Shown one piece after another: positions 11,979-24,126 of a stretch of 64,000 nt of DNA; position 1 is the first letter of the stretch, and each line of letters starts with the position of its first letter. The stretch is from assembly GCA_002269645.1 (NCBI GenBank), contig NIVC01003865.1, positions 1 to 64,000 on the forward strand, written 5' to 3'. Under the pieces are notes generated by a model that made no database searches, was not told the origin of the DNA, and was given only the letters and a program-made list of their open reading frames with translations. Origin of the DNA: Macrostomum lignano (taxonomy: Eukaryota). The translations under genes and the position numbers were made by a program.

Positions 11979-14323
11979 AATCGCCCTTTAAATCCCCAGT
12001 GAAGAATCGCCCTCTTAATCCCCAGTGAGGACTCGCTCTCCCAATCCCCAGTGAAGAATCGCCCTCAATCTCCAGTGAAGAATCGCCCTCAATCCCCAGT
12101 GAAGAATCGCCCTCTCAATCCCCAGTGAAGAATCGCCCTCAATCCCCAGTGAAGAATCGCCCTCAATCCCCAGTGAAGAATCGCCCTCAATCCCCAGTGA
12201 AGAATCGCTCTCCCAATCCCCAGTGAAGAATCGCCCTCAATCCCCAGTGAAGAATCGCCCTCAATCCCCAGTGAAGAATCGCCCTCAACCCCAGTGAAGA
12301 ATCGCCCTCAATCCCCAGTGAAGAATAGCCCTCAATCCCCAGTGAAGAATCGCCCTCAAATCCCCAGTGAACAATCGCCCCCAAATCCCCAGTGAAGAAT
12401 CGTCCTCAATCCCCAGTGAAGAATCGCCCCCAAATCCCCAGTGAAGAATCGCCCCCAAATCCCCAGTGAAGAATCGCCCTCAATCCCCAGTGAAGAATCG
12501 CTCTCCCAATCCCCAGTGAAGAATCGCCCTCTCAATCCCCTGTGAAGAATCGCCCTCAATCCCCAGTGAAGAATCGCCCTCTCAATCCCCAGTGAAGAAT
12601 CGCCCACTCAATCCCCAGTAAAGAATCGCCCACTCAATCCCCAGTGAAGAATCGCCCACTCAATCCCCAGTAAAGAATCGCCCTCTCAATCCCCAGTGAA
12701 GAATCGCCCACTCAATCCCCAGTGAAGAATCGCCCTCTCAATCCCCAGTGAAGAATCGCCCCTCAATCCCCAGTGAGAATCGCTCTCAATCCCCAGTGAA
12801 GAATCGCCCTCTCAATCCCCAGTGAAGAATCGCCCTCAATCCCCAGTGAGGAATCGCCCCTCAATCCCCAGTGAGGAATCGCTCTCAATCCCCAGTGAAG
12901 AATCGCCCTCTCAATCCCCAGTGAAGAATCGCCCTCTCAATCCCCAGTGAAGAATCGCCCTCTCAATCCCCAGTGAAGAATCGCCCTCTCAATCCCCAGT
13001 GAAGAATCGCCCTCTCAATCCCCAGTGAAGAATCGCCCTCTCAATCCCCAGTGAAGAATCGCTCTCAATCCCCAGTGAAGAATCGCCCTCAATCCCCAGT
13101 AAAGAATCGCCCTCTCAATCCCCAGTGAAGAATCGCTCTCAATCCCCAGTGAAGAATCGCCCTCAATCCCCAGTGAAGAATCGCTCTCCCAATCCCCAGT
13201 GAAGAATCGCCCTCAATCCCCAGTGAAGAATCGCCCTCAATCCCCAGTGAAGAATCGCCCTCAATCCCCAGTGAAGAATCGTCCTCAATCCCCAGTGAAG
13301 AATCGCCCCCAAATCCCCAGTGAAGAATCGCCCCAAATCCCCAGTGAAGAATCGCCCTCTCAATCCCCAGTGAAGAATCGCCCCTCAATCCCCAGTGAGG
13401 AATCGCCCTCTCAATCCCCAGTGAAGAATCGCCCTCTCAATCTCCAGTGAAGAATCGCCCCCTCAATCCCCAGTGAGGAATCGCTCTCAATCCCCAGTGA
13501 AGAATCGCCCTCTCAATCCCCAGTGAAGAATCGCCCTCAATCCCCAGTGAGGAATCGCCCCCTCAATCCCCAGTGAGGAATCGCTCTCAATCCCCAGTGA
13601 AGAATCGCCCTCTCAATCCCCAGTGAAGAATCGCCCTCTCAATCCCCAGTGAAGAATCGCCCCCTCAATCCCCAGTGAGGAATCGCCCTCTCAATCCCCA
13701 GTGAAGAATCGCCCCCTCAATCCCCAGTGAGGAATCGCTCTCAATCCCCAGTGAAGAATCGCTCTCAATCCCCAGTGAAGAATCGCCCTCAATCCCCAGT
13801 GAGGAATCGCTCTCAATCCCCAGTGAAGAATCGCCCTCAATCCCCAGTAAAGAATCGCCCTCTCAATCCCCAGTGAAGAATCGCTCTCAATCCCCAGTGA
13901 AGAATCGCCCTCAAATCCCCAGTGAAGAATCGCCCTCAATCCCCAGTGAAGAATCGCCCTCAATCCCCAGTGAAGAATCGCCCTCAATCCCCAGTGAAGA
14001 ATCGTCCTCAATCCCCAGTGAAGAATCGCCCCCAAATCCCCAGTGAAGAATCGCCCCAAATCCCCAGTAAAGAATCGCTCTCAATCCCCAGTAAAGAATC
14101 GCCCTCTCAATCCCCAGTGAAGAATCGCCCCCAAATCCCCAGTGAAGAATCGCCCTCAATCCCCAGTGAAGAATCGCTCTCCCAATCCCCAGTGAACAAT
14201 CGCCCCCAAATCCCCAGTGAAGAATCGCCCTCAATCCCCAGTGAAGAATCGCTCTCCCAATCCCCAGTGAACAATCGCCCCCAAATCCCCAGTGAAGAAT
14301 CGCCCTCAATCCCCAGTGAAGAA
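11979..14323. repeat. 24-26-bp minisatellite (AATCCCCAGTGAAGAATCGCCCTC[TC])
   Basis: Direct reading. Lies between RPIA and the NPDC1-like gene. Confidence 0.98.
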
Positions 14324-14797
14324 GCAAGTTATGCGGTTCTGTCAAGACTCAATAGGTAATCAATATCTATGATGTGAACGTTGGCTTGTCATGATTGATT
14401 TAAAGCACCTGTTGTATCAATTTCAATTGTGTCGTTCTGTGCTCAACAATTAATCGTATAGTTGGTATTTTATTTCTGTATCCCCATGCGGACATTTCAA
14501 CTTTTGGACAGGCCGCCATTTATTTTGATCAGTTTGTTTCAAGCGAGCCGCCCGTTTATAAATGTTTAAACTTCTCGTTGCGTTCCATTTTATCGTGTGC
14601 ATTCTGCGAAATTCTTGTTGTGTCAAGTCCGTCAGTCTTGTTGAGCTGTCCTAAATAATGCAATTTTCATAAATTTATTGGTGCATTATTTGATCTTATT
14701 TTTGTTATACTTTTTCCCCACGCTTTCGATTTTGTGTGTAAATATCCATTAATATATAGTTTGTTCGGTCCTTGGAAATTTCTTTGTTGGTATAGGG

Positions 14798-14951
14798 CAG
14801 GGGTAGGCAAACTTATTCGCCTTTGCAGGTCTGATGAGAGGAAAATAGAATAGTTAAGAGAGAATCTAAGAGACGCAAACATAAGCGCTTCGAGTATTGT
14901 GATGTTTCAAAGGAACTAAGGCCTCTGCAGACCAGAGTTTGCCGACCCCTG
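14798..14951. mobile_element. hAT-type MITE, copy 1 (no TSD retained)
   Basis: Ends CAGGGGTAGGCAAACT / AGTTTGCCGACCCCTG. Same TIR family as 16771 and 33721, in the opposite orientation (GA-rich interior). Confidence 0.7.
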
Positions 14952-15342
14952 ATATTTAGGGAAAGAGCTTAAAAGCTGTAGCATTTCTAAAAAGCTAACA
15001 ATATGAAGTTAGGGTCTATCTAATTACGACTATGTAATTAGTAGTGAGGTCCCAGGTATGCTGTTTTTTGTGCCTCGCGGCAGTATTCTCTCTTGTAGTG
15101 TCCGCGCCAATCTTTTAATTATTCTCTCTGCTTCTTTTAAAACGCTTTCTCTTTCATCTTTTCCTGTGACCGTTTGTGCTTGCTTTTGTCTGATTGACAA
15201 TCCGCTTCTTGTGATGCACTTTTCAATAAACTGATCGATCCAGGCCATTTTGATGGACAACTGGTTTAAGACAATGTTTTGTGACCTTCGCCTTCTATAA
15301 GCTGCTTTTATTGCTGCTTCCCTCCCAGCCGCCCTCTCAGCC

Positions 15343-16180
15343 CCTCAGTTGCTGGGCCACCACAGCCCTCCCAGATCCTCAGCTGCTGGGCCAGCCTCCC
15401 AGATCCTCAGCTGCTGGGCCAGCCTCCCAGACCCTCAGCTGCTGGGCCAGCCTCCCAGATCCTCAGCTGCTGGGCCAGCCTCCCAGAACCTCAGCTGCTG
15501 TGCCAGCCTCCCAGTTCCTTAGCTGCTGGGCCAGCCTCCCAGACCCTCAGCTGCTGTGCCAGCCTCCCAGTTCCTCAGCTGCTGTGCCAGCCTCCCAGTT
15601 CCTCAGCTGCTGGGCCAGCCTCCCAGATTCTCGGTCTCTGGGCCAGCCTCCCAGATTCTCAGCTGCTGGGCCAGCCTCCCAGACCCTCAGCTGCTGTGCC
15701 AGCCTCCCAGTTCCTCAGCTGCTGGGCCAGCCTCCCAGATTCTCGGTCTCTGGGCCAGCCTCCCAGATTCTCAGCTGCTGGGCCAGCCTCCCAGACCCTC
15801 AGCTGCTGTGCCAGCCTCCCAGTTCCTCAGCTGCTGTGCCAGCCTCCCAGTTCCTCAGCTGCTGGGCCAGCCTCCCAGATTCTCGGTCTCTGGGCCAGCC
15901 TCCCAGATTCTCAGCTGCTGGGCCAGCCTCCCAGACCCTCAGCTGCTGTGCCAGCCTCCCAGTTCCTCAGCTGCTGTGCCAGCCTCCCAGTTCCTCAGCT
16001 GCTGGGCCAGCCTCCCAGATTCTCGGTCTCTGGGCCAGCCTCCCAGATTCTCGGTCTCTGGGCCAGCCTCCCAGATTCTCAGCTGCTGGGCCAGCCTCCC
16101 AGACCCTCAGCTGCTGGGCCAGCCTCCCAGTTCCTCAGCTGCTGGGCCAGCCTCCCAGATCCTCAGTTGCTCGGCCAGCG
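15343..16180. repeat. 28-bp GC-rich minisatellite (CAGCTGCTGGGCCAGCCTCCCAGATCCT) with ~140-bp higher-order period
   Basis: Identical ORF starts at 15556 and 15696 (140 = 5 x 28). Confidence 0.95.
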
Positions 16181-16770
16181 CCGGCTTCCCAAATCGTCAG
16201 ATGATAGTATAAATGATGAAGTCATTATAACCGAAAAATATGAATTAAAATGTTGGGAAACAATTCTGTTTCTCAATAGCAAGCTGTTTCTGACCTGAAA
16301 CTGACAGCTGTGCGCAGCTTTGAAGTTGTATTTAAGATACCTGTACGAGTATGATGGATTTTGTGCAACTGCAGAGGCAAACGGGAAAAATTGTGCGAAA
16401 TTATTGTGTTTTGCAACAAAAATATTTCATGATATCGTTTGTTAACCGGTGAGGGAGAAAAATATAAAAATAGCATTTAACTTCAAAACGGCGCCCGTCA
16501 CAAGTAGAGTCGGTTGGCATTTCATAATAAACATTTTGTAACACTCTGCAATAATCACAGACTTTGTGACCGGTTGAAAAAAATAGTTTTTCTTTCACTC
16601 TTATTTACTATGTTTTACTTATTTTAAAGATGAATTAACCGCACCGCTAACACCATTAAATATTTTTGAAGCAGACGAAGCGACTAGATGAAGACTAGAT
16701 TTGGACTTGAAAGTGGGATCAAAATTTCTAATCTATAGGAATATTAATATCTATGCATATCGATATACTG

Positions 16771-16942
16771 CAGGGGTCGGCAAACTCTGGCTTGCGAATC
16801 CCGCTTAAGGCTTGTCTCTTAGCTGTCTTCCTCATCTCATCTCTCATCTATTCCCTCTCCATTCCTCTCTCATCTGGCCCGCAGCCATGAGCTGGATTCT
16901 CTATCTGGTCCTTGATGAGGTAAAACAGTTTGCCGACCCCTG
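16771..16942. mobile_element. hAT-type MITE, copy 2, 172 bp
   Basis: Perfect 16-bp TIR CAGGGGTCGGCAAACT. 8-bp TSD ATATACTG at 16763-16770 and 16943-16950. Confidence 0.92.
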
Positions 16943-17147
16943 ATATACTGTAAGCTAAGATATGTAGCTAATCTATAGCTCGTTTTAGTAGACAGCAGAT
17001 TGAAACATGTATCGAAGTAAGAAGATAGACAGAGGGACAGGATAAGCAGTTGATATGAGAATAGCTTTGTGCTTTACAGACAGCCAACCTTTATGTGCAA
17101 TAAAGGCGCATGCAGTAGCTAAGCATGGGAGAGGTCAGTTGGCTAGT

Positions 17148-20032
17148 TCAGTTGGCCGCTTGTGACTGCTGCTGCTGCTGCTGGTCCAGCTCCTCCTTGA
17201 AGAGCGGGTTGCGCACCTCCATCTCCCCTGTCTGCAATGTTTAATTGCGTCGGTGTTTTAAAAATAAGAGACAGTTTGAATGGAAACTTTGAGGAGGACC
17301 TCTGTAACTGCCCCACCCTGTAGCTGGCGTCCCCTCTGTAGCTTCCCCACTCTGTAGCTGGTGTCCCCTCTGTAGCTTCCCCACTCTGTAGCTGGCGTCC
17401 CCTCTGTAGCTTCCCCACCCTGTAGCTGGTGTCCCCTCTGTAGCTGGCGTCCCCTCTGTAGCTTCCCCACCCTGTAGCTGGCGTCCCCTCTGTAGCTTCC
17501 CCACCCTGTAGCTGGTGTCCCCTCTGTAGCTGGCGTACCCTCTGTAGCTTCCCCACTCTGTAGCTGGTGTCCCCTCTGTAGCTGGCGTCCCCTCTGTAGC
17601 TTCCCCACCCTGTAGCTGGTGTCCCCTCTGTAGCTGGCGTCCCCTCTGTAGCTTCCCCACTCTGTAGCTGGTGTCCCCTCTGTAGCTTCCCCACTCTGTA
17701 GCTGGCGTCCCCTCTGTAGCTTCCCCACCCTGTAGCTGGTGTCCCCTCTGTAGCTGGCGTCCCCTCTGTAGCTTCCCCACCCTGTAGCTGGCGTCCCCCT
17801 CTGTAGCTTCCCCACTCTGTAGCTGGTGTCCCCTCTGTAGCTTCCCCACTCTGTAGCTGGCGTCCCCTCTGTAGCTTCCCCACCCTGTAGCTGGTGTCCC
17901 CTCTGTAGCTGGCGTCCCCTCTGTAGCTTCCCCACCCTGTAGCTGGCGTCCCCCTCTGTAGCTTCCCCACTCTGTAGCTGGTGTCCCCTCTGTAGCTGGC
18001 GTCCCCTATGTAGCTGGCGTCCCCTTTGTAGCTGCCCCTTCTGTACCTGGCCCTCTGTAGCTGCCCCACTCTGTAGCTGGCGTCCCCTCTGTAGCTGCCC
18101 CACTCTGTAGCTGGCGTCCCCTTTGTAGCTGCCCCTTCTGTACCTGGCCCTCTGTAGCTGCCCCACTCTGTAGCTGGCGTCCCCTCTGTAGCTGCCCCAC
18201 TCTGTAGCTGGCGTCCCCTTTGTAGCTGCCCCCTCTGTATCTGGCTCCCCTCTGTATCTGCCTCCCCTCTGTATCTGGCTCCCCTCTGTATCTGCCTCCC
18301 CTCTGTATCTGGCGCCCCTAACAGATATTCAGGACAGGCGGACAAACTTGTCGACCAGAATTGAGGCGCCGATTTTGAATGTTAAAATATTTACAATCTT
18401 TAATATGATTTTAAAATCTGAATCTCAGAAACGCAGAAGCAAAAATGATCACAGAGAAGACATTACACAACAGCCTAATGCTATGGTTTGTTGTCAAGCG
18501 CTATAATATCGGTAATTAAAAAACAATGATTGAGCAGCTTACCGGGGCCAGGCCGGGACACTCGTACACTGTGAAATCGGCGTCCTCATTTTCCAGGTCC
18601 GAGTCAACGTCTGACCCACCCTGCTTGCTCTGGTCGTTGGATCTGCGAATGAATAAGAGTAGCTAATGCAATTGTGCATTGACGGTGTTCGGGGGAGCTT
18701 TGTAGGGGCCGGTTTCCTAGGGATTGGAGGAGATTCGAAGGGAATAGAGGGGATGTACAGGGAATAGAAGAGATTACAAGGGATTAGATGAAATTTACAG
18801 GGATTAACGGAGATTCGAGGGGATTAAAGAAAATTCGAAGGGAATAAAGGGGATTTACAGGGATTAGAGGTTTTCACAGGGATTGGAGGAAACTCACAGG
18901 GATTAGAAAAGACTCACAAGGATTAGAGGACATTCACAGGGATTGGAGGAGACTCGGGGATTAGAGGACATTCACAGGGATTGGAGGAGACTCAAGGATT
19001 AGAGGACATTCACAGGGATTGGAGGAGACTCGGGGATTAGAGGACATTCACAGAGATTGGAGGAGACTCAAGGATTAGAGGACATTCACAGGGATTGGAG
19101 GAGACTCAGGAATTAGAGGACATTCACAGGGGTTGGAAGAGACTCAGGGGTTAAAGGACATTCACAGGGATTAGAAGATATTCAAAAGGATTAGAGGAGC
19201 TCACATGGAACAGGGGAGAATCAAAGGGATTAGAAGGGATTTACAGGGATTAGATGAGATATACAGGGATTAGACAAGATTCATAGAAATTTGAGGATAT
19301 TCACAGGGATTAGAGATTCATAAAAATTTTGAGAAGATTGACGGGGACATATGGGACTGCCAGGGGTTAGATACCATTCCTATAGATTAAGAGACGATTT
19401 AGGTACTAGAAAGTGGCAACTATAAAACAAAAAGAAAATGATCAGGTTATGAACAGTATTGAGGTACTTCGTGCACTGTAGTTTAAAGAACAAATCATTT
19501 AAAAACACTCGACCGGATTTTTCTTAAGTAATAAGCTATAAACTAAAGGGCACCGTTCTTTAAGTTCTTGAAGGAAAAGAAGAGCCAAGATGACTCACTT
19601 CTCCTGAGCCATCATCTGCTGCTTCTGATGCTGGTAGTGATACATCTGAGCGCTCAGCGCCAGCTTCCCGTCGCCCGGATGTCCGGAGGAGTTTTTGTGC
19701 TGCTGCGAGGTGAACTCGGAGTTCACAAACTCGTCGTCAGCCTGCTTAGTAACCGCGTTGTACCTGCGTGATGGGTAATTGCAGTTGTGTGTACTGCGAA
19801 GGTACTAATTGGCATTAAATAACAGCAAATACATACGTGATGTACAGACCGATAGATCGACAGACAGACGGACAGGCCGGCAGGCAGACAGGCAGACAGA
19901 CAGACAGACAGACAGACAGACGGACAGACAGACAGACAGGCAGACGGACAGATCGACAGACAGACAGACAGACAGACGGACAGACAGATAGGCAGACGGA
20001 CAGACAGACAGACAGGCAGACGGACAGACAGG

Positions 20033-20082
<50 letters not shown>

Positions 20083-23000
20083 GGTAACATATAGCTCTTG
20101 AACTCACTTGAACCAGCAGACAGCGCAGATAATAATCAATAGCAGGCCCAATCCAGTTGTGGTGCCAACGATGACTGCAGTTGAAATTGTGGACAAATTT
20201 CGATATTTATTTATAAATAATTGGATCAAAATGGCAATCAAATATCCAATTTTGCCTAAATATACTGCGTCACTAGAAAACAATTAGTGTCCAAAGAAGA
20301 CCACAGCAAGACTTACTATAGAAGACGAAGTCGCCGTTGCCGGGATGCCGACGAATCGGTACGTCGTCCGGCCCGAGGCCGTCGGTGCCGTTGCTGCCGG
20401 CCGGGTCGGCCCGGGCGCTCAGCTTCAGACTGGAGTCGGGGTCGCCTACTTTCGGGGTCGCGGGGGTGTGAAATGCTTGAGGTTTTCTGCAGAAAGTTTA
20501 AATTGTTAAAAATGTTTTTACTCACCTGGATTAGCTGAATCGGTGTTGGCGTTACTTCTGGCGGAGAGCTGGTCGACCAGGCTGTCCTCATTTAGTCTTA
20601 GCGAGGCGGCCGCAGACTCAGATGGCGAGGAGGCTGCGGGTGACAGGTGGATATAATAAAACTAATTATTGAACTGTTATAATATTCAGTATTATCGACA
20701 TATTGAGATCTATCCGTGTTAAAATCTCCTACTATGAGATCTATCCATGTCAAAATATCCTACTATGAGATCTATCCATGTCAAAATATCCTACTATGAG
20801 ATCTATCCATGCCAAAATCTTCTACTATGAGATCTATCCATGCCAAAATCTCCTACTATGAGATCTATCCATGCCAAAATATCCTACTATGAGATCTATC
20901 CATGTCAAAATCTCCTACTATGAGATCTATCCATGCCAAAATATCCTACTATGAGATCTATCCATGCCAAAATATCCTACTATGAGATCTATCCATGTCA
21001 AAATCTCCTACTATGAGATCTATCCATGCCAAAATCTCCTACTATGAGATCTATCCATGTCAAAATCTCCTACTATGAGATCTATCCATGCCAAAATCTC
21101 CTACTATGAGATCTATCCATGTCAAAATCTCCTACTATGAGATCTATCCATGCCAAAATATCCTACTATGAGATCTATCCATGCCAAAATATTCTACTAT
21201 GAGATCTATCGATTTCAAAATCACCTACTATGAGATCTATCTATGCCAAAATCTCCTACTATGAGATCTATCCATGTCAAAATCTCCTACTATGAGATCT
21301 ATCCATGTCAAAATCTCCTACTATGAGATCTATCCATGCCAAAATCTCCTACTATGAGATCTATCCATGTCAAAATATCCTACTATGAGATCTATCCATG
21401 CCAAAATATCCTACTATGAGATCTATCCATGCCAAAATATCCTACTATGAGAACTATCCATGCCAAAATCTCCTACTATGAGATCTATCTATGTCAAAAT
21501 TTCCTACTATGAGATCTATCCATGCCAAAATATCCTACTATGAGATCTATCGATTTCAAAATATCCTACTATGAGATCTATCGATTTCAAAATATCCTAC
21601 TATGAGATCTATCGATTTCAAAATATCCTACTATGAGATCTATCGATTTCAAAATCACCTACTATGAGATCTATCTATGTCAAAATCTCCTACTATGAGA
21701 TCTATCGATTTCCAAATCACCTACTATGAGATCTATCCATGTCAAAATCTCCTACTATGAGATCTATCTATGTCAAAATCTCCTACTATGAGATCTATCC
21801 ATGTCAAAATTTCCTACTATGAGATCTATCCATGCCAAAATCTCCTACTATGAGATCTATCCATGCCAAAATCTCCTACTATGAGATCTATCCATGTCAA
21901 AATCTCCTACTATGAGAACTATCCATGCCAAAATCTCCTACTATGAGATCTATCCATGCCAAAATATCCTACTATGAGATCTATCCATGTCAAAATCTCC
22001 TACTGTGAGATCTATCCATGCCAAAATATCCTACTATGAGATCTATCCATGTCAAAATCTCCTACTATGAGATCTATCCATGCCAAAATCTCCTACTATG
22101 AGATCTATCCATGTCAAAATCTCCTACTATGAGATCTATCCTTGCCAAAATCTCCTACTATGAGATCTATCCATGTCAAAATCTCCTACTATGAGATCTA
22201 TCCATGCCAAAATATCCTATTATGAGATCTATCCATGCCAAAATCTCCTACTATGAGATCTATCCATGCCAAAATATCCTACTATGAGAACTATCCATGC
22301 CAAAATCTCCTATTATGAGATCTATCCATGCCAAAATATCCTACTATGAGAACTATCCATGCCAAAATCTCCTACTATGAGATCTATCCATGTCAAAATC
22401 TCCTACTATGAGAACTATCCATGCCAAAATCTCCTACTATGAGATCTATCCATGCCAAAATCTCCTACTATGAGATCTATCCATGCCAAAATCTCCTACT
22501 ATGAGATCTATCCATGTCAAAATCTCCTACTATGAGATCTATCCATGTCAAAATCTCCTACTATGAGAACTATCCATGCCAAAATATCCTACTATGAGAT
22601 CTATCCATGTCAAAATCTCCTACTATGAGATCTATCTATGTCAAAATCTCCTACTATGAGATCTATCCATGCCAAAATATCCTACTATGAGATCTATCGA
22701 TTTCAAAATATCCTACTATGAGAACTATCCATGCCAAAATCTCCTACTATGAGATCTATCCATGCCAAAATATCCTACTATGAGAACTATCCATGCCAAA
22801 ATCTCCTACTATGAGATCTATCCATGTCAAAATCTCCTACTATGAGAACTATCCATGCCAAAATCTCCTACTATGAGATCTATCCATGCCAAAATATCCT
22901 ACTATGAGATCTATCCATGCCAAAATCTCCTACTATGAGATCTATCCATGTCAAAATCTCCTACTGTGAGATCTATCCATGCCAAAATATCCTACTATGA

Positions 23001-24126
23001 GATCTATCCATGTCAAAATCTCCTACTATGAGATCTATCCTTGCCAAAATCTCCTACTATGAGATCTATCCATGCCAAAATCTCCTACTATGAGATCTAT
23101 CCATGCCAAAATCTCCTACTATGAGATCTATCCATGTCAAAATCTCCTACTATGAGATCTATCCTTGCCAAAATCTCCTACTATGAGATCTATCCATGTC
23201 AAAATCTCCTACTATGAGATCTATCCATGCCAAAATCTCCTACTATGAGATCTATCCATGTCAAAATCTCCTACTATGAGATCTATCGATTTCAAAATAT
23301 CCTACTATGAGATCTATCGATTTCAAAATCACCTACTATGAGATCTATCTATGTCAAAATCTCCTACTATGAGATCTATCGATTTCCAAATCACCTACTA
23401 TGAGATCTATCTATGTCAAAATCTCCTACTATGAGATCTATCGATTTCCAAATCACCTACTATGAGATCTATCTATGTCAAAATCTCCTACTATGAGATC
23501 TATCCATGCCAAAATCTCCTACTATGAGATCTATCCATGCCAAAATCTCCTACTATGAGATCTATCCATGCCAAAATATCCTACTATGAGATCTATCCAT
23601 GCCAAAATCTCCTACTATGAGATCTATCCATGCCAAAATCTCCTACTATGAGATCTATCCATGCCAAAATCTCCTACTATGAGATCTATCCATGTCAAAA
23701 TCTCCTACTATGAGATCAATCCATGCCAAAATCTCCTACTATGAGATCTATCCATGCCAAAATATCCTACTATGAGATCTATCGATTTCAAAATCTCCTA
23801 CTATGAGATCTATCGATTTCAAAATCTCCTACTATGAGATCTATCGATTTCAAAATCTCCTACTATGAGATCTATCTATTTCAAAATCTCCTATTTTGAG
23901 AGATATCCATGTAAAAGTTCACACCTTTAAGATCTCTAAATTCGATCTTGTACTTGGAGATTTATCAGTTTCAAAACCCTAACCTACAATAGGGCTTAGA
24001 GAAATAAAAGCCCTCTCCCGTGTAAGAAATTGGAGCACTAAACAGTTGCTGGCCACACTCACCATTGACTAGCAGCAGCAGCAATACAACAAGGCTCAGA
24101 TTCGATAAAACTTTTCTAACTCGCAT
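17148..24126 (-). CDS. NPDC1: NPDC1 / cab-1-like single-pass membrane protein, 7 exons
   Basis: Exons (minus) 24126-23988 (signal peptide MRVRKVLSNLSLVVLLLLLV), 20633-20526, ~20486-20317, 20174-20108 (TM IVGTTTGLGLLLIIICAVCWF), 19763-19599, 18642-18543, 17231-17148. The C-terminus has the NPDC1 signatures GDGKLALSAQMYHYQHQKQQM, ENEDADFTVYECPGLAP and TGEMEVRNPLF. The 5' exons are less certain, and exon 3 has a phase problem (see findings). Confidence 0.9.
17300..18318. repeat. Compound 16/18-bp minisatellite (CTGTAGCTGGCGTCCCCT / CTGTAGCTTCCCCAC[CT]) in NPDC1 intron 6
   Basis: Direct reading. Shares the CTGTAGCTGGCG core with the RPIA intron 4 array. Confidence 0.96.
18715..19370. repeat. Degenerate ~20/40-bp purine-rich minisatellite (CACAGGGATTAGAGGA...) in NPDC1 intron 5
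   Basis: Recurrent CACAGGGATT(A/G)GAGGA motif. Confidence 0.85.
19845..20082. repeat. (CAGA)n microsatellite in NPDC1 intron 4
   Basis: Direct reading. Confidence 0.97.
20705..23915. repeat. 31-bp minisatellite (CTCCTACTATGAGATCTATCCATG[CT]CAAAAT), ~100 copies, in NPDC1 intron 1
   Basis: Direct reading. It fills nearly the whole intron. Confidence 0.98.

Noticed and set aside
14830-14848. CTGATGAG...GAAA hammerhead-like words
   Set aside because: There is no room for stem II, and the site lies inside a hAT MITE.
8844-18345. Long repetitive ORFs (8844-9742, 12187-14359, 15281-16298, 17143-18345)
   Set aside because: They coincide exactly with minisatellites, are open in several frames, and lie in introns or intergenic DNA.
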